A DNA stretch of 64,000 nucleotides, taken from the NCBI GenBank assembly GCA_030265395.1, contig JARFYF010000007.1:20444020-20508019 (forward strand), given 5' to 3'. The notes beneath the pieces were generated by a model that saw nothing but the letters and a program-made list of their open reading frames with translations, searched no databases and had not been told where the DNA came from. Shown here piece after piece: positions 36,457 to 49,865 of this stretch (position 1 is the stretch's first letter; the number at the start of each line of letters is the position of its first letter). The translations under genes and the position numbers were made by a program. This stretch comes from Rhina ancylostomus. Lineage: Eukaryota.

Positions 36457-39099
36457 CAATTTTGTTGTAAATATGTAGAGATGAATACTAGCATGAACTG
36501 GTTGGGCCAAATGGCCATTTTCCATTTTGCACTTTCTATTTAATTCAATGTCATCCACATTAAAGGACATATTTGCAAGTATTTCGTGTTGACTTATTAG
36601 TAAAGTTGCTGTTGAAACAAAACAGATTTAGATAACTACAGCTATAGTCTTGCTTGGCTGTGTAGCAGAGCAGGTGATCGCAATAACGTCTAGCAGCTGT
36701 TCAGTGCCTGAATCAAGCAGGGATTTGGAATTTTATTTAAAACTGGGACAGGCAAATTTAATCATTATCGAGCTTCTGGTGGGAAATCATGGTTTATTCA
36801 GTATTCTACTGGCTTGCAGCAGTATGATTGCCCCAGGATTTTAACTGCTGTGACAGGCTGCCAGTTTATTTCCGACATTGACTGGACCTGGAAAGAACTG
36901 CTGGTGTCAAAAAGCCATGTGATCAAGATTGTCCAGCCCAATCCTTGGGTGAAGCTGGGGTTGAGAGTTTTAGAAGTCTTGTGGTGGGGAAGGCCAGAGC
37001 GGGTTGGGGGCAGGGAATCCTAAATCTTTCATCTGGGAGCATGGAGGAGAACTTCAGCTCCTCCTGCACCCAGGAGAAGGAAACAAATTCTTATTGAGAG
37101 TCTCTTCTGGGTCCAAAGCCTCCTCCCTCTACCTGTCACTGGGGGAGGGAATCATTGCCGGCTTTCTCCCTCAAGCTCAAATTAGAATCACGTTTGGGGC
37201 ATGATAATGTCATTGGGCACTAATCAACACAAGTGAGTTTAAACTTTTATTTATACAGCACACTAACAGGGCCTTCTGGCCCAATGAGCCCCACATTGCT
37301 CCCATGCCAGTGTTCAGCCCACAGTTTTACCACCCATCTAGAAGGCAGCTTTCCAGCAATTAAATAACTCAGGATATTCTAACTCCCTGCCCAGCCAGTT
37401 CTTACACAGTGGGGACGATTATAATCTCCTCTCCTTGTTTTTGTGTCTAGATTATAGAAAAGCAGCAACTGATGGGTTTGTTAGCTCTTGTACATGAAGA
37501 CCACCATTTGCCAGGTGTCTGAGCTGACACTGATATATCTTGGCTTTGTGGTTGCTCTAGGCGGTTATTGAATGAGATGTAGAAATTAAAGTAGATGAAA
37601 CTTTAGGACAGTAATGTGATTTAATAAAGTCGCTTATAAGTTTTTGTTTAAAGAAAGAAAATTTATCATTTAAGACCAATATGGAGTACACCACATTTTT
37701 ATATACTACTTAAAGAAATTTATCATCTTTTTTACCTTACAGGAATTCATTAACATGCAGGTGCAACAACAAACCTGAACATATCTCTCTTCGCATATCA
37801 CATTTCTATAATAACTAGCCCAGTACTCTTCAGGTGCAGGTCCCAGCCTGATATCTACGAATGCCTCTGCAGAACACACTCAGTTATTTTACTTAAAAGC
37901 ACGGCAACAGATGACATGACTGCCTTCAAGCATGTATCAGTACAACATTCTACTTGTATTAACAAAATGAGGAATTTTTGTGGTGAATTTAAACCTCCAC
38001 ATACATTGTTTATTCAATCCCTTTTTTCCCCTGCTTTCAATATCTATAATTTAGGTGCCTTTCTCATCATTTCTGTTTTAGAATGAGATCCATTAATAAC
38101 TGAAATCTTGCAGTCTTGAGAAAACTAGAACTATTGCTGAGAAGCTGGGAATACTGACAGCCCATGAAAGTTCTGATTAACTGTACTGAGATTTAAGTTG
38201 ATGGATTGAACCACAGCAGAGAATGTGAAACATTACCAAAGCAAGTCACTTTTGTTTTTCTATATGCATTTGATCAAGGGTTTGGCTAATTTGTTTATGG
38301 ACTATCTCCTAATTGAAATATTGTTAGGAGGTAGTTCCTTGATCTGGATTTGAAATCTTATTTTTGGACTGTGGAAACCTAAGGAGGCTTCTTTGAATGT
38401 CATGGTTCCTGAACTAGGTCATTGCTGGAAAGATGATTAGGAAAAGGTTGGGTGACCTCTGATGAGTCAGAAAGATAAATACTACTATATGTGAAGAACT
38501 GTGNNNNNNNNNNNNNNNNNNNNNNNNNNNNNNNNNNNNNNNNNNNNNNNNNNNNNNNNNNNNNNNNNNNNNNNNNNNNNNNNNNNNNNNNNNNNNNNNN
38601 NNNNNNNNNNNNNNNNNNNNNNNNNNNNNNNNNNNNNNNNNNNNNNNNNNNNNNNNNNNNNNNNNNNNNNNNNNNNNNNNNNNNNNNNNNNNNNNNNNNN
38701 NNNNNNNNNNNNNNNNNNNNNNNNNNNNNNNNNNNNNNNNNNNNNNNNNNNNNNNNNNNNNNNNNNNNNNNNNNNNNNNNNNNNNNNNNNNNNNNNNNNN
38801 NNNNNNNNNNNNNNNNNNNNNNNNNNNNNNNNNNNNNNNNNNNNNNNNNNNNNNNGGGGGCGAGGTTGGGGATTCGGTCAGGTTGGAAGGGCGGCAGGGG
38901 AATGGCAAGAGAATGGGTTGGGAGCAGATCAGTCTGGGAGGTCAGTAGGTAGGAAAGGCAGGACATTGTAGTTGGGGGTGGAAGGAGCAGATTGGCAGCC
39001 AGGGCAGGTCGGTTGGTGTGTTAGGTGAAGGTTATATGTTGGATTGTGACTAGAATGGTGGTGGGAGGCCACAGGGAGAGGCAGGTACTTACTCACTTT

Positions 39100-39393
39100 A
39101 TAACACACAAGGAGGCTGTTTGGTTCATTGGATCTATAATAGAGTAATTAGCTCCACGTCTCCTCTCCTTATTTCCCTGTACCCCTACGGCTTATTCTCT
39201 CTCACTTGTCCCTCATCTTCCTCTTAGTCCTTTTTCCATCTACCTACACCAGACCATTTACCCTACCAGCACGTCTCTGGGATATGGATGGAAACTGGCA
39301 GAAACTGACGTGGTTATGGGAAATATTGCAAGCTCCACACAGACAGCACCAGCCCTGGAGCGGTGAGGCAGCAGCTGTAATTTCTGCACCACC
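39100..39393 (-). mobile_element. V-core SINE (HE1-like) with CR1-type tail, decayed
   Basis: The reverse-complement V core is ctaccagcacgtctctgggatatggatggaaactgg...gcaagctccacacagacagcacc. The head is gtgaggcagcagctgtaatttctgcaccacc. Confidence 0.65.
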
Positions 39394-39989
39394 ATTAATT
39401 CATTAATTAACGGTGACTTATTGAAGTGGATCCTGGTATCAGATTTCACAGGATAGAAAACAGAAACATCTCTATTTAAGTGGTTTCAAACAAAAATCTT
39501 AACTTATTATATGCAGAGTACTGGATTGAAACAAACTATTATTTAATCAGTAGTGTTTACTTTTCAATGGTGATCTTCTGCAGCTTATTTTGTGTACTTA
39601 ATCACTGAGTTCTTCCTCTTCATTTTGACAAAAGCATTTACTTTAATATCCATGAACTCAAATGTAGACCAGCAGTTGTCATAGAGTCATAGGCTCCTAG
39701 AGTTGTACAGCACAGAAATGGGCCCTTCCGTCCACTATGTTCATGCCAATCTTTTTGCCCATATACACTAATAAAATAATTAAGCTCAATTCAAAAAAAC
39801 CCCTCACTAATGCAGTGTTTGGTGACTCATTGTTGCAGAACCCACTTACAGAGAAGCTCACAAGCCTGTAGCTCCAGCAGGAACCTATTTCATTTAAACA
39901 AGCTTTCTGGATGTTCTGTGGACATAAAAACGCTGAGCTTCCTGTTTCCCATTTATTTTTGTGCAAGTTATATGGGGGAAGGAACTGGG

Positions 39990-40150
39990 AAAATTGTAAA
40001 TGCACAGAAAGATCCAGCTTCAGTAACAGTAAACATGAAAGTACAAGATTGTCATCAGAACCCATCTGATTCACCAATGTCCTTCAGAGAAAGAAATCTG
40101 CTGCCCTTCCCTGGTTCTAGCCTATATGTGACTCCAGACTCAGTGGACCC
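39990..40150 (+). mobile_element. Fragment of the tRNA-headed repeat family
   Basis: gattgtcatcagaacccatctgattcaccaatgtccttcagagaaagaaatctgctgcccttccctggttctagcctatatgtgactccagac is homologous to 13905-14000. Confidence 0.7.
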
Positions 40151-40336
40151 AAGGCACTCGCTGACACCGGTGTAAGATGGCCAGTGATAGATGAAGTATC
40201 AAGCTGTCTCATCCCATCTAGCATACTGGTTATCAGNNNNNNNNNNNNNNNNNNNNNNNNNNNNNNNNNNNNNNNNNNNNNNNNNNNNNNNNNNNNNNNN
40301 NNNNNNNNNNNNNNNNNNNNNNNNNNNNNNNNNNNN

Positions 40337-40490
40337 TTGCTCCATATGCCTTGGTGAACGAGGTGGAGAGAGGGGTCAAATTGCGCAATCAGCAGTGGGA
40401 CATGGCACTAACTGAGGTGGGGTTAAATCACAAAGTTGTGGATGCAGTGTCAAGTGTAATTTAATGACCTCACAAGTGTGGCCTCAGGAA
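40337..40490 (+). mobile_element. Harbinger Myb/SANT (ORF1) relic
   Basis: ALVNEVERG...QQW...LWMQCQV*FNDLTSVA is a decayed form of LEALV.EV.RR...W..VA...TWMQCRKKFNDL. Confidence 0.65.
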
Positions 40491-41447
40491 AGGAAACCTT
40501 TTGTAGTTGTGGTAGATTCCCAGATTTTCATTTGGAGCCCTCAAGAGGTTATCTGATTGAGGTCTCCCTGTACCATTGGAAAGCCCCGTCAAAACTCCCA
40601 TGCTCACACTGTCTGCGGCCCTCAGACAAGTGTGAGGAAGATGATTTCAGATCTCCTTCACTTCTGCATCTTTTCAAGCTGATCCTGAGGACATTGACAA
40701 TGTCCCTAAACAAGCAGCACACCGAAGTTTTAGAAGGTCGGCGTGTCTCTCTGTTCAATGTGTCTCCTGATGTGCACAAGCAATCCTCATCCACTGGCTG
40801 AAACAATGCCCAGCAATACATCCACTTTGCAGCTTAGTGCTTAAAGTAGACAAGCAGTAGACAAGAGCTTCTGGTAGAAATAACATATTGGAAATCTGTT
40901 TGTGAGCCACTTATAATTTTCCAGCTGATGAAAAATTACCCTTTATATTTCATAAGTTATTACATTATACAAGTAAAAGGTTAAAAAAAGGTCCTGAAGG
41001 ATTCAGCAGACCAGCTTTAGAACTGGGTCATGGGGTCTATCTGCCTTCAGATGGACTGAAATGAGCCCAGAGGGAAGATAGTCCAAGATTCTAATCTAAC
41101 CCAAAGACTTAGAACATTTCAAAAATGTTTCCTCTAAACTGTAACTTGGCAACATCTTTGCACTGCGGCTGAAGTTGAGCTGGGAAAGGTTTATGAGTTG
41201 GCTGTTTAACATACAAAACACTCCATTATCTGAAGCAAGGTGGGGGACTAGGAAATTGGCTGGAAAATCCCAAGAGCAAGAGCAAGAGCAAGATGACTTG
41301 CCGAAATATGTAGAGTCTTGGTGAGAACACACCTGGAGTAGTTTGTTCTCCTTATACATGAACTTGTTTTCTGAGGTCTTCAACAAAGGTTCATATGTCC
41401 AATTTTTTGGATGGTGTGACTACTGTTGGAGGAGAAAGTAGGTCCAC

Positions 41448-41850
41448 TATGTTTATATTCACTCGAGTTTAGAAGACTGAGAGAGGATCTAAGTGAAACT
41501 CACAAAGTTCTGATGAGGCTCAACAGGCTGGATGCAGGGAGTATGATTTCCCCGGCTGGGATGTCTACAGCAAGGGGGTTATGAAGGATTTAGGACTGAG
41601 ATGAAAGACACATTGCTTCACCTAGACAGTGGTGAGCCTTTGGAATTCACTAGCCCAGACAGCTGTGGAAGCCAGGTTGCCGAAAATATTTAAGGAGATA
41701 GACACATTTCTAGAAGCAAAAGGAAATGAGAGGTATGGGGAGAGAGTGGGAATGTGGTATTGAGATAGATGAAAAGCCATGATTGTATTGAATGATAGAG
41801 CAGACTTAAAGGGCCCAATAGCTACGCCTGCTCCTTGTTTCTATGCTTTT
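41448..41850 (+). mobile_element. CR1 LINE 3' end
   Basis: tatattcactcgagtttagaagactgagagaggatctaagtgaaac encodes YSLEFRRLREDLSET. The tail is ctacgcctgctccttgtttctatg. Confidence 0.88.
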
Positions 41851-42526
41851 AAGTTTCCTGAACAAGTGTTAAGACACTGGGTTTTCTTGGTGCATGTAGC
41901 AGTTAGCAGCTGGCAGTAACTTCATGTGCCCACCTGCATGTGCAAATGTAAGAGTGGCTCTGCAAACTCTGGCAGGATAGCGCTGGAGGGCACCAACAGA
42001 CTGCCAGTAGCACAGCCCGTAGATTTTCAATGCCACCTGCCTTTCTAAGTGCAAGTTTGGAAAACCATCCTCTNNNNNNNNNNNNNNNNNNNNNNNNNNN
42101 NNNNNNNNNNNNNNNNNNNNNNNNNNNNNNNNNNNNNNNNNNNNNNNNNNNNNNNNNNNNNNNNNNNNNNNNNTCAAGCCTTTCAACAAAAATACCTTAG
42201 CTCAACCTTATTTGACACATGTTTTATTTCTGTGAGTGATATGTGGAACCATTGGACCAGATAATGATAGGCTGAGATCATCACTCAATGACTTTGAATC
42301 TGTGTAGCTAATGTTTGACATTCTTATGTTTCATGTTTCTGTGACAACCATAAAATGCAGCTGCTGTAATTGGTTGGTTGAGATTGCAAATATTTAACAC
42401 AAGGTGGTTGATAAAAAAGATTTTTTAAAAAAACAAATACTGTATAAAATAATTATTGAGTCACATCCAGCAGGCTAAACCATGGCATGAAAGACTGGGG
42501 AGAGGCTCTCACTCTTGAACACAGAG

Positions 42527-43425
42527 GGATCTCCATTGTATCTGCTTCGATAATGAGACTTCCCACAGACATCCCTCTGAGATGTCTGCCTTTTCCTTAA
42601 ACTGTGACTTACCTCTATCACAGAGCTGACGACCTTGCCACCTCTGTTTCCTGCACCACTGCTCTCAGCTCTCTCCACACAGCTAGAGTAGGAATTGAGA
42701 TCCCCTGATCCTCACCTTCCACTCCACCAGCCTCCACAGATCATCTTTGTCATTTTTGCCATCACCATTACAATTTTGCCTTCAGACACTTCTTCTCCTC
42801 CCCTCTCCTTTCAGCATTCCAAAGCGACTGCTTCTTTTGTGACTCCCTGGTTTGCTCTTTCATTTTTACCTGGCACTCCCCTTCTTGCAGCATTTTCTCC
42901 TGCAACCACAGGAGACACTCTCACCACCTGCTCTTTTATCTTGTTCATTTCCACAGTCCAGGAAACCATAGAGTCCTTTCAGGTGAAGTAGCCAATCACT
43001 TGAACTTATCCCAATGCAGTGTTTAATATTAAGTACTCATGACGTGGTCTCCTCTACGCTGGAGAAATTAAATGTAGATTGCAGAACACCTCCTTTTGTT
43101 CCAGATGGGTGAACTTGAACTTCAAATTGCCTGTCACTTTTATTCTACAGTCCACTCTCATTATGATTTGTCTGTGGCCTCCTGTGCTGCTTGAAAATAG
43201 GGTTGAGGAATAGCACCTCATCTTCTGCTAGGCACTCTGCACGGGACTCAATACCGAATGCAACAATTTCAGCTATCTTGTTTTCTCTGCTTGCATCAGA
43301 ACTGACCCGTTCTACCATAAGATTATCCATCTGTAACATCAGCCCTGTTTTGTCTCTCTCCTTTGGTACTATCTGATCTGCTGGGCATTTCCAGCATTTG
43401 CCTTTTGGTTTCAGATTCAGCAACA
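42527..43425 (+). mobile_element. Penelope-like element 3' ORF relic plus terminal repeat
   Basis: Recognisable pieces are tctgagatgtctgccttttcc (SEMSAF), cccctgatcctcaccttccactccaccagcctccac (PLILTFHSTSLH), gactccctggttt (DSLV), ctcctctacgctggagaa (LLYAGE) and the pLTR end. Confidence 0.82.
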
Positions 43426-43489
43426 GCTCAGATCTGCATGTCAGAGCTTTTAACATGTCCCTTTGTTTGTTTTCTCTCTCTCCAACTGC

Positions 43490-44540
43490 TGTTATAGAGT
43501 ACTACAGCATGGAAACAGGCCATTCAGCCCAACTTGGCTATGCTGACCTTGGTGCCCACCAAGCTAGTCCCATTTGCCCATGTTTGGCCCACTAAAACCC
43601 TCCTATCCATGTACTTATTCTAATGTCTTTTAAATGTTGTTAATTTACCTGCCTCAACCACTTTCTCTGGTAGCTCATTCTATATATGCACCACACTTTG
43701 GGAGAAGAAGTTGCCCCTGAATTTCTTTTTAAATCTTTCACCTCTCACCTTAAACCTATGCCTTTTGGTTTTTAGTTCCCCCTTCCCAGGAAAAAGACTA
43801 CTGCATTCACCCTCTCTATATCTCTCATGATTTTATATACCTCTATAAGATCAACCCTCAATCTTCTATATTCCAAGGAATAAAGTCCTATCCTTATAGC
43901 CAAGTGATTCTGCCTCTGGCCACTTTCCCTCTTGCTTGTGATAAGTATAGCATCCAGCCCCTATACTTATCACAGTTGCATCACCGCATGGTATGGTGGC
44001 TCCAATGCCCGGGATCTCAAGAGGCTGCAGAGGATTATAGACTCNNNNNNNNNNNNNNNNNNNNNNNNNNNNNNNNNNNNNNNNNNNNNNNNNNNNNNNN
44101 NNNNNNNNNNNNNNNNNNNNNNNNNNNNNNNNNNNNNNNNNNNNCAGGGCCTTGAGTTCTATCAGCATTCTCATAAATCTTCTCTGCAGTCTTTCCAGTT
44201 TAATAATGCCTTTCCCATAACATGGTGAACAAACTGTACACAGTACTCCAAGTGTGGTCTCACCAGCGTCTTGTGCAACTGCAACATAATGTCCCAACTC
44301 CAATACTGTAACTGACGAAGGCCAGTGTGCCAAATGCAATCTTCACCACTCTAACTGTGCTTTCAGAAAACTATCTACTTTTACTCCTAAGTCCCTCTGT
44401 TCCACAACACTCCCCGGAGACCGACCATTCACTGTATACGTCTCACCCTGGTTTGACTTCCCAAAATACAACACTTCATACTTATCTGAACTGAAAACCA
44501 TTTGCCAATCTTCAGCCTACTTATCAGTCAGATAGCTCCG
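43490..44540 (-). mobile_element. CR1 LINE 3' portion with internal Rex1 insertion and gap
   Basis: The tail is atagagtactacagcatggaaacaggccattcagcccaac. The ORF piece is SPCYGKGIIKLERLQRRFMRMLIELKAL. Confidence 0.92.
43965..44044 (+). mobile_element. Rex1/Babar LINE fragment
   Basis: SCITAWYGGSNARDLKRLQRIID is homologous to 47815-47890. Confidence 0.8.
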
Positions 44541-44559
44541 TAAACATTGGAATCACCTC

Positions 44560-44795
44560 GGCAATCCTGGCCTCAGCATGTCAGAGATTTTCCATTTGTC
44601 CTCCCCATCCCTACTCAATCTCTCTGCAATTTAAAACTAACTTTTTTTCTCACATTCCTAGTTATGATCAAGGATCTACAAGCTGAAACATCACCTCTGT
44701 TTCCCTCTCCAGAGATGCAGCCTGATCTGTTGAGTATTTCAACAATTTTCTGGTTTTACTTTAGAGTTTCAGCATCTGCAGTTTTTTCTGTTTCA
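44560..44795 (+). mobile_element. Penelope pLTR
   Basis: gttatgatcaaggatctacaagctgaaacatcacctctgtttccctctccagagatgcagcctgatctgttgagtatttc...cagcatctgcag matches the other pLTR copies. Confidence 0.72.
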
Positions 44796-45159
44796 GAGCT
44801 GATACTCTGAAACGAAAAGGGAGCAGATTTTCTCGTTCAGCTCTGACCTGCTTAAGGCAGGTGGTCATGCTGATGCAGGGTAGGAACACAGCTGGTGAGA
44901 CAGAGCTGTACAACATCTGGATGGGTGGGTACTCTTTCATCCTTAACTAGTCATCCTGGTGGGTAGAGTTAAAATAGCCTAACAATGTATCTAATCTTCA
45001 ATAAATAACATTGGTATTTGCTTTGCATTAACATCTGTAATTTTAATGCAGCCTGTTCAACATAATTTGGCAGCTGCCTTTTAGAAGATTTTTCCATGTG
45101 TCTCCCAATTAGCACCATGACCTTGATTCCAGAAAAAATCCTTCAAATTTACTAATTTT

Positions 45160-46047
45160 TGGGACATTGACATCAGTGGCAGGCCAGCATTTATTGTCCA
45201 TCCCTTAATGTCTGTCACCCAAGTGGCTTGTTCAGTCTTTTCAGAGGGTGGTTAAAGACAACCATATTGACATGGGTCTGCAGTCTCATTTTGGCCAAAG
45301 CAGGAGAGGACAACAGATAGCCTCCTCCTTAAAGGGTTCTCATGGACCAGCTGGACTTCCAGAACAACTTGGTAATTTTATGGTCATCCTCCGACTGATT
45401 CCTGGGATGGGAAGACTGATGTACGGAGAGAGATTGGCAATGATTAGGTTTATATTTGTTAGAGTTTAGAAGAATGAGAGCAACCTCTTAGAAAAACATG
45501 CAAGAACACAAGAAACTAGGAGCAGAAGCAGGCCATCAGGCCCTTTAAGCCTGCCCCAATGGGATCACGGTTAATCCATGTTGGCCTCAACTCCTCTTCT
45601 GTGCTGCAAGATTCTAAGACTAGACAGACTAGATGAAACAAGAATGTTCCTGATAGTGAGGGAATTGAGAACCAGGGGTCACAGTCCAAGGATAAAGACT
45701 GAGTTGAAGAGAAAATTCTGAAGTCAGAGGGTGTTGAACCTGTGGAATTCTCTGCCACAGGAAGCAGCTGGAACCAAATCACTGAATATATGTAAGAAGA
45801 AATTGGACATAGTACTTGGGACCAAAGGGATCAAAGAATACTGGGAGAAAGCTGAAAAAGGGCAATGAATTTAGCAGGTCTGTTGTGCTGAGTACCCTAC
45901 TCCTGCTTCTATTTTCCATGTTTCTATATTACTGATACAAGTATTCTAAATTCCAGATTTATATTACCAATCAAATTCTCATTGTTTCATTGGTAGGATT
46001 TGAACATGTCTCCAGATTACTAATTTTACAATTGAACCATTATACTA
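45160..46047 (-). mobile_element. tRNA-headed SINE-like element split by a CR1 insertion
   Basis: The tail and body lie at 45160-45388 (aggccagcatttattgtccatccc...). The head lies at 45928-46047 (tggtaggatttgaac...aaccattatacta). It is homologous to 13748-14060. Confidence 0.65.
45390..45927 (+). mobile_element. CR1 3' end containing a nested opposite-strand CR1 tail (45506-45604)
   Basis: RLIPGMGRLMYGERL is present. The nested tail is flanked by the 7-bp duplication tgcaaga at 45499-45505 and 45605-45611. Confidence 0.85.
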
Positions 46048-46769
46048 GTTGGACCCAAGAATACCAGAACAGCCTGGAACTTTAGTGTTCTAAGATAATA
46101 CAGAACTCTCTTTGTTGATTAGAGTAATCATACCATATTGGTTCTGTTATTGAGTCTTTGAGTTAAACATGTTCTTAACTTAAATGTAGGTTAAGTAATT
46201 ACTTAGCTTGAATATTAAGTAAATTGCAAGTAGATCAATATTTAGCAATTCATCTTGGCCATTCTTGGATTTGGAAATGTATTTATAATTAAAGTTTTGA
46301 TGTAATGTAACATCATGGGAGCAGAGCCTGCTGCTGGTATGTCTGGGTTCAGCAGTGATTGAGTTAATGGCAGTAATGTATCTATCGTTGTTGATGGACA
46401 GGCCACTTTCAGTGTTTGACAAAGATTAAGCAGTCTGAGGTATGACTTTATCCTTAGGTCAGCACCACTAAAGAATTTGGACCATATAAGCCTTCAGCCA
46501 TCAAAGTAAAACAGTCTGGAAAGACGCCTCTTCTTCTGATGACAATGTCAAGTGTGATTTATTCTTGGACAGCACACGTCTATTTTTACCTTTCCCTGTG
46601 ACACAACAATCACATTGTGCACACTGCCCTCGATTTCATTGAACAACATGCCCCTGAAGTAATGAAACATTCCCAAATGAAGTCAATTTGGGAAATCAGG
46701 TTTGGAGAAAAAGCAATAAAATTCACTTTTCTAAAAAGTGGTAAAGGATAAATTAAGTAATTACACTCA

Positions 46770-47730
46770 GCCTGAGTTTGGGGATTATTGCAGATGATAC
46801 AAATATTATCAATGTGGTTGAAAGTAGGGAAAGCTGTTGACTGCAGTAAAATATCAATGGACTAGCACAAGGACAAAACCTATTAGATGTATTTCTGTAT
46901 GGCATGATCTGCCTAGATGGCATGCTGTCATGATTCTGAGTTCTGGTCCTCAATTTGGCTCCATTAATGCCTTGTTGTCNNNNNNNNNNNNNNNNNNNNN
47001 NNNNNNNNNNNNNNNNNNNNNNNNNNNNNNNNNNNNNNNNNNNNNNNNNNNNNNNNNNNNNNNNNNNNNNNNNNNNNNNNNNNNNNNNNNNNNNNNNNNN
47101 NNNNNNNNNNNNNNNNNNNNNNNNNNNNNNNNNNNNNNNNNNNNNNNNNNNNNNNNNAATACGGAATACATGTCCACAGATCACTACACGTATCAGGACA
47201 AGAGGATGTGTTGGTTAGCAAGGTATTTTCCTTTATTGGATGGGGGGGTGGGTGACGTGGAATAAAAGATCAGAGGAGTCATTATAGAATCTTAGAAAGT
47301 GAAGCTGGTCACAGCTGAAATATGGAGTACAGTTCTGATCACCGCACTACAGGGAGGAAGTGATACCACTTGAGCAGATGAAGACGAGATTTACAAAAAT
47401 GTTGATGGACTTCAACAATGGGGAAAGATTGGATGGACTAGTTTTGTTTCTTTTGGAACAGAGGAGGATGAGAGAAATTTAATTGGAGTGCTTAAAGTTA
47501 TGAAGAGCTGAGACAGCAGGTAAAATGTGGGTGAGAATTAGCAGAAAGATCAATAACCAGAGGATACTAATTACAACCAGTTGGAAGAAGAATTAGAGAG
47601 GGTACAAAGAAGAATACTTATACTCAATAGATGATGGTATCTGCAACTCACTTCTTGTAAGACTGGCAGATGCAGAACCCGTCACCATATTTAGAAACTC
47701 CCTGGATGAACACTGCAGGTGAAGTGACCT
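46770..47730 (+). mobile_element. Old CR1 LINE, fragmented
   Basis: attgcagatgatacaaa encodes ADDT, ggagtacagttctgatcaccgcactacaggg resembles VQFWSPHYR, and tttctttggaacagaggaggatgagag resembles SLEQRRMR. Confidence 0.65.
46926..46979 (+). mobile_element. End of an LTR (same family as 54315-54564), truncated by gap
   Basis: It starts tgtcatgattctgag and is the reverse complement of 54511-54564 with 2 mismatches over 54 bp. Confidence 0.7.
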
Positions 47731-47754
47731 GCCAGTCTTCATTTTTGGTGCTAT

Positions 47755-48253
47755 TTGGTATATTACCAAAGACTCTTGTAAATGTTTACAAGTGTACGGT
47801 GGAGAGCATTCTGACTGGTTGCATCACAGCCTGTTATGAGCACTTCAATGTGCAGGATTGCAAGAGGCTGCAGAGGGTTGTAGACTCAGCCAGCTCCATC
47901 ACAGGCAAAACCCTCCCTGCCATCGAGGACATCTTCAAGAAGCGGTGCCTCAAGAAGGTGGCATCCATCATTAGGGACCCTCACCATCTGGTTCATGCCC
48001 TCCTCTCGTTACTACCACTGGGAAGGAGGTACAGGAGCCTGAAGACACTCACTCAACATTTCAGGAGCAGCTTCTTGTCCCTGCTATCATTTTCCGAACA
48101 GTCCATGAACCCTTGAACACTACCTCATTGTTCCTTTTCTGCACCTTTTATTTACTTTTGTAACTTATAGTAATTTTATGTCTTGCATTGTACTGCTGCC
48201 ACAAAACAAATTTCATGACATATGTCAGTGATAATAAACTTGATTCTGATTCT
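47755..48253 (+). mobile_element. Rex1/Babar LINE 3' end
   Basis: KTLVNVYKCTVESILTGCITACY...KRLQRVVDSASSITG.TLPAIEDI...IIRDPHHL.HALLSLLPLGRRYRSL is followed by aataaa + (tgattc)n. Confidence 0.92.
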
Positions 48254-49374
48254 TTTGAGAGCTGGGAAGTGCCCTTCTATGTTGTAAGCCTGAATAATTC
48301 CATTTCTTACCACCTGATTGCAAAACTGGCATAGAAAGTGCTGAATTCATTTCAAACAATTTTGAATGATGCAAATTACCTTTGCCTGCTGCACACCTGA
48401 GCAGCAAGTTGAAAATCTATTTCAAATGTGCAGCCTCTTTTCCACTCTACATGAGGGTGGAGTTTCTATTTCACAGACTTGTTACATATGAAGACTGAGT
48501 TCCCAGAGCACAATTAGAAAGTATACAAGCTTCTGGGGCTCCACATCTGAATCTAAAAAGTGACCAGTTATTATTTTTGACAGCTTTATCTTTGCTTTGC
48601 TTTTAAGTTTCTGCCTGTATACTTTTTAATTGTGGTTAAAATGTACTTGCCTTGAAGCATACATTGAAACCCTTTAAGAAACTGCCACAATAGTGAATTA
48701 CGTTCCTTACATACGTGAATGCTGAATTTAAGCTGGGGGTTCAGTCTTCATACCAATATCCTCTCCACCTTTTGAATACTGTATGATCAGTATTCTTGTC
48801 CTACTCCCTTTCTTCTTTATATTCCAGCAGCTTCTCTCCAAGACCATATCCTCTCTCCATCAAGTTGGGAGGTAGGTGGGTGGAGCTGGTGGAGGGGCTA
48901 GTAGGATGGAGGTGGGTTGTTTGGGGCCTGAATCTAGTTTTGCAGCCATTACCAGTAACCCAGAATCAGTGTTCATATGGCAGGGGATGGTCTGGATGAT
49001 GAATCCTGCCAATTTGTCTGCTGTCCATAGGATAACGAGTTGCAGAGTCCTCTGCAATCTGCAAATGACCCAACCTAAAACTTGCAGAACAGCATCAACC
49101 TCTGGTTAATCCACTGGGAGACCCTGATGGTTGTAACTTAGAAGGAACAGCCTCTAACATAGGTACAAAAGCAGGTGTCAAACAGGTGATCCGATTGAGC
49201 TCACGGGATAGAGTCCTCCCACTCACAGACCTCCCAATCCATCAGCTGGGAATGAAACTTCTTTAATATTAAATGGACAGGAGGTAAGTGAAACTAGTGT
49301 ATTCAAGTTATAAATACTGTACAACAAACTGAAATGAAAATAGCCAGTGTAGAGAGAAGCTGTTTCAAGGATGT

Positions 49375-49635
49375 GGGGTTCTGGTATCAAAGTGATGGGA
49401 AAAGCATGAGAGGGAGTGAAGAGAAACCATTTTTATGCAGCGTGTTTATGACCTCAAACTCACTACTGCTGAAGGTGGTGGAATCAGAGTCATTCATGAC
49501 TTTCAAATGGGGACCGGATAGGCATTTGAGGGAAAATATTGTGGAGAGCTATGGGGAAGAAGGAGGAGGAATGGGATGGACAAAATTGCTCTAAAACTAT
49601 CTGGCACAGCCTTGAAGGGTTGAATGGTCTCCCAT
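49375..49635 (+). mobile_element. Old CR1 3' end
   Basis: NSLLLKVVESESFMTFKWGPDRHL is followed by the tail ggcacagccttgaagggttgaatggtctcc. Confidence 0.75.
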
Positions 49636-49783
49636 TGTCATATTCCATGATTCAACTGTAGGTGGCCAAGTAGATGAGAACCATTACGAATGGCTGGATT
49701 ATATTGGAGCATATAATTCAAGTTAGTATCAAACCACTAAAATTACCTTTGCCCTGATCGGTATCATTGTTATATTTTAGCTC

Positions 49784-49865
49784 AGAGACACAAGAGGCTG
49801 CAGATAGAACAAAAAGTAAAAAACTGGAGGAACTCAGTGGGCCAGGCAGCATCTGTAGAGGGAAC
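49784..49865 (-). mobile_element. Penelope pLTR 3' fragment
   Basis: agagacacaagaggctgcagat...ctggaggaactcagtgggccaggcagcatctgtagaggga matches the other pLTR copies. Confidence 0.75.
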
